Shown here: positions 27,368 through 36,146 of the stretch, in pieces
Numbering within the stretch: the first letter of the stretch is position 1
Layout: every line of letters begins with the position of its first letter
Assembly: GCA_965276595.1 (NCBI GenBank)
Contig: CBDIBA010000002.1
Location: 2,802-66,801 of the forward strand
Origin: Beijerinckiaceae bacterium
Lineage (GTDB): Bacteria > Pseudomonadota > Alphaproteobacteria > Rhizobiales > Beijerinckiaceae
Direction: 5' to 3'
DNA: 64,000 nt
The notes under the pieces: model-generated
Seen by the model: only the letters and a program-made list of their open reading frames with translations
Told to the model about the DNA's origin: nothing
Database searches by the model: none
Position numbers and translations under genes: made by a program

Positions 27368-28749
27368 ACGAAGTCAACATCACTGATCTCGTCGACACGA
27401 CCAGGCTCCGGCCATTTCATCTCTGGCTGACGTTCTGGTGCCTGCTCGCGATGATGGCCGATGGGTTCGACCTGCTGAACGCCAGCATCGCGCTTCCCGC
27501 CATCATCAAGGAATGGCGCGTCAGCCCGAGCGCGCTCGGCCCGGTGTTCAGCGCCAGTCTGGCCGGCTTTCTCATCGGGGCGCCGTTCTTCGGGTGGCTC
27601 GGCGATCGGTTCGGCCGCCGCATCGCGATTATCAGCGGCCTGTTCTTGGTGGGCGGCACGACGCTGGCCTGCGCCTGGGCCACAAACCTTCAGGGGTTGT
27701 TCTGGCTACGCCTCCTGAGCGGTCTTGGCCTCGGCGGCGTGATTCCGAACGTGATCGCGCTCAACGCGGAATTTTCGCCGAAACGGCTGCGCGCCACGAT
27801 GCTGGTCGTCATGTCGGTGGGCATCTCGCTGGGCGGCGCCGTTCCGGGCGTCGTCGGAGCCACTCTGATGCCGACGTATGGCTGGCCGATCATCTTCGTC
27901 GTCGGCGGCGTCGTTCCGATCCTGGTGGGAGCCTGCCTGATCTTCGTCCTGCCCGAGTCGATCAAGTTCAGGGTGCTGCGCGGCGGCCAAGACGAAGCGG
28001 TAGGGCGCCTGGCGCGCAAACTCGATCCTGCCCTGATCGTCGGGCCGGAGACCCGGTTCGTCTTGAACAGCGAGGAGGGGAGCGCCCAGACGCGGGGTTC
28101 GCCCATCGCGCTTTTCCGCAACGGCTGGGCTCCGGTCACCGTGCTTGTGTGGCTGATCTTCGTCCTCAATCTCATGGCCAACAACTTGATGAACGCCTGG
28201 CTACCGATGATCGTCCAGAGCAGCGGGCGCAGCGCCGTAGAGGGGGCCTACGCCGGCTCGCTCTATCAACTCGGCGGCTCGGTCGGCGGCTTGTGCATCG
28301 GCGTTCTGATCGATCGCTTCGGGCTAAAAGTGCTGGTGGCGTTATTTCTGCTCGCCGTTCCGGTCGTCGCCTTCACCGGCGCTCCCGGCATCTCCGACTT
28401 GGTGTTGCTCTCGTTCGCCTTTTTTACCGGCTGCGTCGTGACCGGCATGCAGAACGGCCTTAACGCCGGAGCCGGCCTGATCTATCCCACCGCTCTGCGC
28501 GCCAATGGCGTCGGCTACGCCCTCGGCGTGGGGCGCCTCGGCTCGATCGCCGGGCCCCTGGTCGGCAGCCTGCTGGTGAGCCTGAAGGCGCCGACGGGCA
28601 TGTTTTTCTATGTCACCGCGGTCGAGCCGCTGTTGTGCGCGGGCTGCTGCGTCCTGCTGTTACGGCAGCTCCGCGTCGCGCGCGGGGAAACGGCGGGCGC
28701 GGCAGCGAGGGACGGCCGTCACGAATTGAGCTTGAATCACGGGCCTTGA
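27364..28749 (+). CDS. MFS aromatic acid:H+ symporter (PcaK/BenK-like)
   Basis: DGFD in TM1, LGDRFGRR, EFSPKRLRA, YPTALRANGVG.ALGVGRLG. Confidence 0.88.
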   Translation: MNEVNITDLVDTTRLRPFHLWLTFWCLLAMMADGFDLLNASIALPAIIKEWRVSPSALGPVFSASLAGFLIGAPFFGWLGDRFGRRIAIISGLFLVGGTTLACAWATNLQGLFWLRLLSGLGLGGVIPNVIALNAEFSPKRLRATMLVVMSVGISLGGAVPGVVGATLMPTYGWPIIFVVGGVVPILVGACLIFVLPESIKFRVLRGGQDEAVGRLARKLDPALIVGPETRFVLNSEEGSAQTRGSPIALFRNGWAPVTVLVWLIFVLNLMANNLMNAWLPMIVQSSGRSAVEGAYAGSLYQLGGSVGGLCIGVLIDRFGLKVLVALFLLAVPVVAFTGAPGISDLVLLSFAFFTGCVVTGMQNGLNAGAGLIYPTALRANGVGYALGVGRLGSIAGPLVGSLLVSLKAPTGMFFYVTAVEPLLCAGCCVLLLRQLRVARGETAGAAARDGRHELSLNHGP

Positions 28750-28774
28750 GCGCGTTCCGCGGGAGGAAAGAGCC

Positions 28775-29854
28775 ATGCAGACCTGGATCAAAAACGCCTG
28801 GCAGGTTGTCGCCTATCCTCACGAGATCGGCCGGACGCTGCTGGCGCGTCGCATTCTCGACGAACCGGTCGTGTTCTTCCGAACCGAGGCCGGCGCGATC
28901 GTCGCCATGGAGGATCGCTGCCCGCATCGGCTGGTTCGGCTGTCGCTGGGGCAGTTGAGCGGCGACCGGCTGCGCTGCGGCTACCATGGCCTTGAATTCG
29001 GGCCCGACGGCGTCTGCCGCCACGTCCCCGGACAGGATCGCATTCCCGCGAACGCGCGGGCCCGCGTCTATCCCGTCGTCGAGCGCCACAACGTGGTCTG
29101 GATGTGGACGGGCGACGCCGCCCTCGCCGATCCCGCTCTCGTGCCGGACATCCATTGGCTCGATCATCCCGGCTGGACGCCGAGCGCGGGCTATCATCAC
29201 ATGGCGTGCGACTTCCGTCTCGTGACGGACAACCTGCTCGATCTGTCGCACGAGACCTATGTCCATAAGCACACGATCGGCAACGCGGCCGTGGCGGACT
29301 CGCCGGTGCATGTGGAGCTCGATCGCGGACGCGTCATCCGGGCCCACCGCGAGATGCCCAACATCGATCCGCCGCCGTTTTTCTCGCGTCTGCTGGGCTA
29401 CGACGGACGCATCGATCGCTGGCAGACCGCGATCTACCTGCCGCCGGGGATTCACGTCACGGAGGCCGGATTTCACCCGGTGGGAGCCAATCGAAGCGGC
29501 GCGTTCGTGCATCGCGTGCTGCATCTCCTCACGCCGGAGACCGAACACAGCGCCCATTACTTCTGGGCGACGTGCCGCAACTATCGCCGCGACGACGAGG
29601 CGCTGACCCGCTACACGATCGAAGCGACGATGTTCACCTTCAACGAAGACAAGGCCATGCTGGAGCCGCAGCAGAAAGCGCTGCTCGAACTCGGAAGTCC
29701 GGACATCCCGCGCGTCACGATTTCCGTGGACGCCGCGCCCATCCAGGCGCGCAGGCTGCTCGCCAGGGCGGTCGAGGCCGAACTGGCGGACAGCCGTCGC
29801 GTTCAGCCTTTCGTCCCCGTCATCGAGGAAAGCTCGGAGCCGATCGCGGCGTGA
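28775..29854 (+). CDS. Rieske monooxygenase, VanA-like O-demethylase family
   Basis: KNAWQV, DRCPHR, CGYHGL, DNLLDLSHETYVH, F.EDK.MLE.QQ. Confidence 0.9.
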   Translation: MQTWIKNAWQVVAYPHEIGRTLLARRILDEPVVFFRTEAGAIVAMEDRCPHRLVRLSLGQLSGDRLRCGYHGLEFGPDGVCRHVPGQDRIPANARARVYPVVERHNVVWMWTGDAALADPALVPDIHWLDHPGWTPSAGYHHMACDFRLVTDNLLDLSHETYVHKHTIGNAAVADSPVHVELDRGRVIRAHREMPNIDPPPFFSRLLGYDGRIDRWQTAIYLPPGIHVTEAGFHPVGANRSGAFVHRVLHLLTPETEHSAHYFWATCRNYRRDDEALTRYTIEATMFTFNEDKAMLEPQQKALLELGSPDIPRVTISVDAAPIQARRLLARAVEAELADSRRVQPFVPVIEESSEPIAA

Positions 29855-29869
29855 CCGGCTCGCCCGGTC

Positions 29870-30910
29870 CTAACGCGCCGCCGGCGTGACGAGACGCTTC
29901 GCCCGCGCGACGACGTCTTTGGGCGTGGCGTAGACGCGCGCGATCAACGCCTGCGCGTCGGCGCCGCTCGTCGGCGAGATTTCCGCCATCATGGTCTTGC
30001 CGTCTTGCAGAAACGCCGGATCTTTCATCGTTTCGTCGAACCCGCGCCGCAACAGCTCGACCGCCCCCTTCGTCGTGTCGGGCGGCGCCGCGAAGGGCCG
30101 GCTCAGCGCCGTGCCCGCCACGAACATCGAGAGAAGCTGCTTGTCGGCGTCCGATTTCAAAAGATCGAAGATCAGCGGCGCGTCGCCCGCCCTCGGGCTC
30201 TTCTCCAAGCCGAGCTGCAGCAGGATGTTGATCTTGTGGTCGCGCAGCCAATCGGGCTTGGCGGCTTCGAGCGAGGACAGCGTGATCCCGCAGCGGCCGT
30301 TCACCTCGCCGTTCTCCATCGCCAGGAACGTCTCCTTCGAGCCGAGATAGCCGGTGATGATCTTGAATTTCGTGCCGATCGTGTCGTTGAGGATCAGCGG
30401 GAACGTGTCGGTCTCCGAGCCCGCGCCGGTGCCGGCGAGCTGCATGACCTTGGTTTTCGCGTCGTCGATCGTCTTGAACGGGCTGTCGGCCCACGCGATG
30501 CAAAGGCTCACGTCGCGGCTGATCGCGCCGATCCAGTTGAACGCGCTCATGTCGTAGCCGGGATTGCGGGCTCCGATCAGCGGCTCGATCAGCGGGCCGC
30601 CGGGAAACACCGCCAGCGCCGTCCCGTCCTTGGGCGCGCCTTTCGCGAGGAAATTGGCGGCGCGGATGCCGCCGGCGCCCGGCATGTCCTCCACGTTGAC
30701 GGCCGGCGAGCCGGGGATGCGACGGCCGAGATGGCGCCCGAGCAGCCGCGCGTAGAGGTCGACGCCGCCGCCCGCCGTCCCCGCGACATAGATCGTGATC
30801 GGCTTGCTGATCGTTTCTTGCGCGCTCGTGGCGGGCGGCGCCGCCATCGCCGCGCCCATCGCTACCCCGATGGCGCGGCCGGCCCAGCGCCCGCGAACCG
30901 TGCATCCCAT
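29870..30910 (-). CDS. Bug/TctC-type periplasmic substrate-binding protein (start uncertain)
   Basis: GTAGGGVDLYARLLGRHL, EDMPGAGGIRAANFL, LAMENGEVNG. Confidence 0.85.
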   Translation of the reverse strand: MGCTVRGRWAGRAIGVAMGAAMAAPPATSAQETISKPITIYVAGTAGGGVDLYARLLGRHLGRRIPGSPAVNVEDMPGAGGIRAANFLAKGAPKDGTALAVFPGGPLIEPLIGARNPGYDMSAFNWIGAISRDVSLCIAWADSPFKTIDDAKTKVMQLAGTGAGSETDTFPLILNDTIGTKFKIITGYLGSKETFLAMENGEVNGRCGITLSSLEAAKPDWLRDHKINILLQLGLEKSPRAGDAPLIFDLLKSDADKQLLSMFVAGTALSRPFAAPPDTTKGAVELLRRGFDETMKDPAFLQDGKTMMAEISPTSGADAQALIARVYATPKDVVARAKRLVTPAAR

Positions 30911-30985
30911 TGCGTTCCGCCCCGATGATCGTTGCGACGATCGTATCCTTACGGGCCGCGACGCGGCAAGCGCGCGCATCGACGC

Positions 30986-31801
30986 TCAATACCCGTGTTC
31001 GGCGGCCGGAAAGGCGCCGGTCTTCACGGCGTCCACATAGGCTTTCACCGCGCCCTCAATGGTGCCCGTCTCCGGAATGAAGTCTTTTACGAAACGCGGC
31101 CGCTTGCCGGGAAAGACGCCGATCATGTCGTGCAGAACGAGCACCTGCCCGTCGCAATCGGGCCCGGCGCCGATGCCGATCGTCGCCGTCCTCGTCATCG
31201 ACCGCGTCACGGCGGCCGCGACATCGGACGGCGTCATCTCGATGACCATCAGCGCCGCGCCCGCGTCTTCCAGCGCGCGCGCGTCAGCCTTCATCTGCGC
31301 CGCCGCCTCTTCGCCCTTGCCCTGCACGCGATAGCCGCCGAGTTGATGCACGGATTGCGGCGTCAGACCGATGTGCGCGCACACCGGCGCGCCGCGCTCG
31401 ACAAGAAAGCGCACGGTCTCGGCCATGTAGGCGCCGCCCTCGAGCTTCACCATCTGCGCGCCCGTGCGCATCAGCAGCGCGGCGTTGCGCATCGCCTGCT
31501 CGCGGCTCTCCTGATACGAGCCGAACGGCATGTCCGCGATGAGGAAGGCGCGTCTCATGCCTCGGAACACGCATTCCGTGTGATAGATCATCTGCTCCAG
31601 CGTGACGGCGAGCGTCGTCGGCAAGCCTTGAATGACGTTGCCGAGCGAATCGCCGACGAGCACCACGTCAACGCCGCAGCGGTCGAGCATCGCGGCGAAG
31701 CTGGCGTCGTAGCTCGTCAGCATGGCGATCTTCTCGCCGCGCGCGCGCATCTGCGCGAGGTCGCCGAGCTTCAAGGGCTTCAGGTCGTCGAGGTAGGCCA
31801 T
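30986..31801 (-). CDS. panB: 3-methyl-2-oxobutanoate hydroxymethyltransferase
   Basis: LTSYD, LVGDSLG, ADMPF, VKLEGG, HIGLTPQ, DGQVLV.HD. Confidence 0.96.
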   Translation of the reverse strand: MAYLDDLKPLKLGDLAQMRARGEKIAMLTSYDASFAAMLDRCGVDVVLVGDSLGNVIQGLPTTLAVTLEQMIYHTECVFRGMRRAFLIADMPFGSYQESREQAMRNAALLMRTGAQMVKLEGGAYMAETVRFLVERGAPVCAHIGLTPQSVHQLGGYRVQGKGEEAAAQMKADARALEDAGAALMVIEMTPSDVAAAVTRSMTRTATIGIGAGPDCDGQVLVLHDMIGVFPGKRPRFVKDFIPETGTIEGAVKAYVDAVKTGAFPAAEHGY

Positions 31802-31810
31802 GGCGTCGCC

Positions 31811-32668
31811 TTAGTCGCTCACCGCGACGTTGTCGATCAGCCGCGTGGCGCCGATGCGCGCCGCGCCGAGCAGGCGCCAGTCGCGAAGGGTCTGTCCGGC
31901 GATCGGCGCGCCGAGCGTTTGCGCATCGCGCAGCTCGACATAGTCGATCTCGAAGCCGGCGGCGGCGATCGCCGCGCTCGCCTCGTGCAAGGTCGGCTCG
32001 AGCGCCGCGCCCTGACGCAGACGCTCCGCCGCCGCGCGCAAGGCGCGGTAGAGGGCGGGGGCGCGCTCGCGCTGCGCGGGGTCGAGATAGGCGTTGCGCG
32101 AGGAGAGGGCGAGCCCGCTGGCTTCGCGCAGCGTCGGCGCGCCGACGATCTCGACGGGGATGTCGAGATCGCGAACCATCCGCCGGATCACCGCGAGCTG
32201 CTGAAAGTCCTTCTCGCCGAAGATCGCGGCATCGGGCGAGGCCTGCAGCAGCAGCTTCGCGACGACCGTCGCGACGCCTTGGAAATGCGTCGGCCGAAAC
32301 CGATCCTCCAGACCCGCGGCCGCCGGTCCTTGCGGCGCGATCGAGGTCGCGAAACCAGGCGGGTACATCTCGGCGGCGTCCGGATGGAAGGCGGCGTCGG
32401 CGCCCGCCGCCGCCAGTTTCGCGAGGTCGGCTTCGAAGGCGCGCGGATAGCGAGCGAAGTCTTCGTCCGGTCCAAATTGGGCCGGGTTGACGAAGATCGA
32501 AACGACGACGCGCGCCGCGCGCCGTCTCGCCAGCGCGACAAGCGAGACATGCCCGTCGTGCAGCGCGCCCATCGTCGGGACGAGCGCGATCGTCTCGCCC
32601 GCGGCGCGCCAGGCGCGGACGCGCGCGCGCAGGCGGCCGATCGTGCGGATGATCTCCGGCTGCGTCAT
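31811..32668 (-). CDS. panC: Pantoate--beta-alanine ligase
   Basis: VPTMGALHDGH, SIFVNPAQF, RPTHF.GV, FGEKDFQQ, GLALSSRN, RLIDN. Confidence 0.96.
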   Translation of the reverse strand: MTQPEIIRTIGRLRARVRAWRAAGETIALVPTMGALHDGHVSLVALARRRAARVVVSIFVNPAQFGPDEDFARYPRAFEADLAKLAAAGADAAFHPDAAEMYPPGFATSIAPQGPAAAGLEDRFRPTHFQGVATVVAKLLLQASPDAAIFGEKDFQQLAVIRRMVRDLDIPVEIVGAPTLREASGLALSSRNAYLDPAQRERAPALYRALRAAAERLRQGAALEPTLHEASAAIAAAGFEIDYVELRDAQTLGAPIAGQTLRDWRLLGAARIGATRLIDNVAVSD

Positions 32669-32707
32669 GGGCGCCTTTTCCGCTTAAATCGATCCGCTCG
32701 CAAGCCG
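32606..32707 (-). repeat. panC 5' end plus upstream sequence; copy attached to the intact gene
   Basis: 32628-32707 matches 34066-34145 at 77/80. The match extends to gcgccaggc (32606-32614 / 34053-34061) across a 9-bp indel. Confidence 0.95.
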
Positions 32708-34052
32708 CCATGCCTCTTGCGCCATGGCGAGGCCCCGAGCGAAAGACCCACGCGTCAGCCTGGAGCGGACGGCAGCGCGCTGCAGTTGCTCGTCGCCGGC
32801 GCGCCCTCGAAGCGCTCCCGCACCCAGGCGACCGCGTCGTCGTTCCCTTGCTCCACAATGGATTCGTGATCGGCAGTCGGGAATAGCCGATAAAGCAACT
32901 CGTTTCCGTTCGCGCACAGCTTGCGGGCGACGGCGTCGGTGGTGGACGGCGGAACCGTGACGTCCGCGCCGCCCTGCATGATGAAGGTGGGCGCAGCGAT
33001 ACGCAGACCGCCAGGATCGTTCGCAGCGGCCAGTTTGAGGACCGCCGAGAGATCGGCGCCGGGCAGGAACTGATCCTTCGGGACCGCCGTGGCCCAATAG
33101 CCCTTGGACAGCGTTGGCGACACGCACTCCTGCCGGGTCTGCGCCAGGTGGGCGAGAGCCTGCGGGCTTAGGATGCGGCCGAGGTCGATACCGGGATGGT
33201 TGGATGCGACCGACTGCAGGAAGTACATCGCGTAGATCAGCGCACCCGAGGGTTGCGAGGCTGTTGTCAGCCCCTGGATACGGCCTCCCATGTCGGACGC
33301 CGGCGCGAAGGCGACGTTCCCGAGAAGCGTCAGATCCGGCGCATAGGAGGGTCCAAACCGAGCCGTGAACAGGTCCGCCTGGCCGCCTTCCGAGTGACCC
33401 ATGACGACGTAGCGCGCGCCGACGCCCGGATCGATCTGGCGCGCCGCGCGCATGATATCGAGCGCCCCCCGGGCCTCCGCTTCGCCTTGCAGGAACGGAT
33501 GGATGTCGCCGCCCGTCACGCCGAGGCCCTGGAAGTCGCTGAAGACCACCGCGTAGCCCTGCCGCACGAATTGATCGAGTCTCGATCGGCTCGGTCCGAG
33601 ATAGTAGTGTTCCGTGCTGTCCGGCGTGTCGAGGGACGGGGCGCATGCGGGCGACAGGCCGGTGGTCCCATGCGTCCAGGTGATCAGCGGCCATCCGCCC
33701 GCCGGCGGCGCGCCGCGCGGGACGGAGAGCGTTCCGGAAACGGCGATGGGCGCGCCATCGAGCCTTCGCGATTGATACAGGACGAGCAGGTTGCGCGCGG
33801 CGCTCGGCAGGGAGACGTCCGCGGCCGCGTCCCTCGCCCAGATCGCTGCGCCGTGCTCTGCATTGGGAAGCGGAGATGGCGGGACATAGAACGCCATCCC
33901 CGCCGGCCCTTCGGAAACCTGAGCCGCTTCCGCGCTTGAATCCGTTACGAGAGCGCACATCGCGAGAATGAGCGGGACCGTGCGAAAGACGTTCAATCTC
34001 ATGGCGCTTTTCCGTTGCAAGGTCTGGAAGGAGCCCGGCCTCGTCAGCGATT
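32708..34052. mobile_element. Single-gene islet (lipase) between panC 5' repeats; no integrase
   Basis: Bounded by the duplicated panC 5' end. Confidence 0.65.
32755..34002 (-). CDS. Secreted lipase/alpha-beta hydrolase (LIP secretory lipase-like)
   Basis: Signal peptide, WTHGTTG, GHSEGG nucleophile elbow, QGGAD, DH catalytic region. Confidence 0.88.
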   Translation of the reverse strand: MRLNVFRTVPLILAMCALVTDSSAEAAQVSEGPAGMAFYVPPSPLPNAEHGAAIWARDAAADVSLPSAARNLLVLYQSRRLDGAPIAVSGTLSVPRGAPPAGGWPLITWTHGTTGLSPACAPSLDTPDSTEHYYLGPSRSRLDQFVRQGYAVVFSDFQGLGVTGGDIHPFLQGEAEARGALDIMRAARQIDPGVGARYVVMGHSEGGQADLFTARFGPSYAPDLTLLGNVAFAPASDMGGRIQGLTTASQPSGALIYAMYFLQSVASNHPGIDLGRILSPQALAHLAQTRQECVSPTLSKGYWATAVPKDQFLPGADLSAVLKLAAANDPGGLRIAAPTFIMQGGADVTVPPSTTDAVARKLCANGNELLYRLFPTADHESIVEQGNDDAVAWVRERFEGAPATSNCSALPSAPG

Positions 34053-34145
34053 GCGCCAGGCCCGTCGCAGGCGGCCGATCGTGCGGATGATCTCCGGCTG
34101 CGTCATGCGCGCCTTGTCCGCTTAAATCGATCCGTTCGCAAGCCG
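34053..34145 (-). repeat. Truncated panC 5' stub (MTQPEIIRTIGRLRRAWRNR*)
   Basis: Homologous to 32606-32707. Confidence 0.95.
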
Positions 34146-34259
34146 GCTTTCCCGTCGGGCGGCGGCGCGCGGCGCGCGAATCTTTCGCTTGTCGCTGGCG
34201 CGAGCGGGGTCCACAATCGCGTGAAAGACTGCGCCAAGCGCAGCGGCCGGGAGGATCGA

Positions 34260-35942
34260 ATGCCAATCGCCAAAGATCTCGCGCGCGCTCTGGGCGCGGT
34301 CGTCTGCCTGTCGGCGCCGACGCTGGGGCTGGCGCAGCAGGCGACGCTGCATGGCGAGGCGCGGTCGGACCGCGAGGGTCTCATGGAAGGCGTCGTGGTG
34401 AGCGCCGCGCGCGAAGGCTCGACCATCGCCTACAGCGTCGTGACCGACGATCATGGCCGCTACAGCTTCCCGCCCGGCCGCTTGGCGCCCGGATCCTACA
34501 AGATGTCGATGCGCGCGACGGGCTACGACCTCGCCGCGCCGGTGGCGGCGACGGTCGCCGAAGACGGCGACGGCGCCGCCGATCTCAAACTCGTGCCGAC
34601 GAAGGATCTCGCCGCCCAACTCACGAGCGCGGAATGGCTCGCCAGCGTCCCCGGCTCGGACGCGCAAAAGAAGCTGCTGCTGAACTGCACCGACTGCCAC
34701 ACGATCGAACGCATCGTGCAGTCTCAGCACACCCCGCAGGAGTTCGAGCAGGTCTTCGAGCGGATGTCGGGCTATTATCCCGGCGCCTCGCCCGAGCAGC
34801 CGCAGCGGCTCGTCGGCGACGCGCGCAGGCCGGCCGTCCCGCCCAACCGCGTGAAGGAGTTTTCCGAATATCTGGCGAGCATCAATCTCAGCGCCACCGA
34901 GGCGCATCCCTACGAGCTGAAGGCCTTCCAGCGGCCAAAGGGACGCGCCACCCGCGTCTTCATCACGGAATACGCGCTGCCGCGAAAGGTCATTCAGCCC
35001 CACGACGTCGTGGTCGATAAGGACGGGATGGTCTGGTACTCGAATTTCGAGGAGCAGTACCTTTCGAAATTGGATCCCAAGACCGGGAAGGTGACCGAAT
35101 TTCCCATCGCCGAGCAGAAGAAGGGATTTCCGACCGGCACGCTCGACCTCGAGACCGACGCGGACGGGAATTTCTGGCTCGGCCTGATGTATCAGACGGG
35201 CGTCGCGAAATTCGATCCCAAGAGCGAGACCTTTCGTTACTACCCGCTTCCCGCCGACTGGCAGACCAATCTGACGCAGCAGGCGCATCTGTCGCCCGCG
35301 GCGAGCAAGGTCGACGGCAAGATCTGGATCAAGGATTCCGACCGGTCGCAAATCCTGCGGCTCGACGTCGCGACGGGCCAATACGAGAAGCTCGGAACCA
35401 TGAAGGATCCGGCCAATCGTCCGGTCAGCGTGTATGGGATCGCCGCCGACCGCGACAACAACGGCTACCTTCTCGACTTCGTCGGCGGCAGCATCGGCAG
35501 GATCGACGCGAAGACGCAAGCCTTCACGGTCTTTCCGACCCCGACCGCGGGCGCGCGGGCGCGGCGCGGACGCTTCGATGCGCAAAATCGCCTCTGGTTC
35601 GGCGAATACGGCACGAACGCCATCGGCATGTTCGACGCGAATACGCATCAGATGCGTGAATGGACGATGCCGTTGCCCTGGGAGCAGCCCTACGACGTGG
35701 CGTTCGATCGGAGCGGGGCGGCCTGGACCGGCTCCGTCATGTCGGATCGCGTCTCGCGCCTCGACGTCAAGACCGGCGAGTTCGCCGAATATCTGATGCC
35801 CCGGCCGACCAACATCCGGCGCGTCTTCGTCGACGACAACGCGAAGCCCGCCGCCTTTTGGGTCGGCAGCGACCACGGCGCCTCGATCGTCAAGGTGGAG
35901 CCGCTCGACATTCCCGGCGAACCCCTGGCGCCGGCGCGATAG
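34260..35942 (+). CDS. Periplasmic protein: carboxypeptidase-regulatory-like domain + c-type heme motif + Vgb-like beta-propeller
   Basis: Signal peptide; VVTDDHGRYSFP; CTDCH at 34686-34700; repeated PHDV..DKDG.VWY / D..G..W propeller blades. Confidence 0.8.
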   Translation: MPIAKDLARALGAVVCLSAPTLGLAQQATLHGEARSDREGLMEGVVVSAAREGSTIAYSVVTDDHGRYSFPPGRLAPGSYKMSMRATGYDLAAPVAATVAEDGDGAADLKLVPTKDLAAQLTSAEWLASVPGSDAQKKLLLNCTDCHTIERIVQSQHTPQEFEQVFERMSGYYPGASPEQPQRLVGDARRPAVPPNRVKEFSEYLASINLSATEAHPYELKAFQRPKGRATRVFITEYALPRKVIQPHDVVVDKDGMVWYSNFEEQYLSKLDPKTGKVTEFPIAEQKKGFPTGTLDLETDADGNFWLGLMYQTGVAKFDPKSETFRYYPLPADWQTNLTQQAHLSPAASKVDGKIWIKDSDRSQILRLDVATGQYEKLGTMKDPANRPVSVYGIAADRDNNGYLLDFVGGSIGRIDAKTQAFTVFPTPTAGARARRGRFDAQNRLWFGEYGTNAIGMFDANTHQMREWTMPLPWEQPYDVAFDRSGAAWTGSVMSDRVSRLDVKTGEFAEYLMPRPTNIRRVFVDDNAKPAAFWVGSDHGASIVKVEPLDIPGEPLAPAR

Positions 35943-35947
35943 AGCTT

Positions 35948-36093
35948 CGCGCCGCCCCTAACCCTCTCCCCGCAGGCGGGGAGAGGGGACGCATCGAGCG
36001 CGTCATCGGCGAGCGATGCCGATTCGCATGAGTGGGCGCGGCAGCGCTCCCTCTCCCCGTTGCGACGGGGAGAGGGCCGGGGTGAGGGGCGAA
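35948..36093. repeat. Inverted pair of family A REP-like hairpins between convergent genes
   Basis: The left part matches 4390-4458 and the right part matches 17408-17459. Confidence 0.88.
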
Positions 36094-36146
36094 AGATCGT
36101 CGAGCGCATCATCGGCTAGCGTCGTCATGTATGGACACTCGATCGG

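Noticed and set aside
32755-34266. 503-aa version of the lipase
   Set aside because: The extension runs through the panC stub in another frame. A signal peptide begins at the ATG at 34002.
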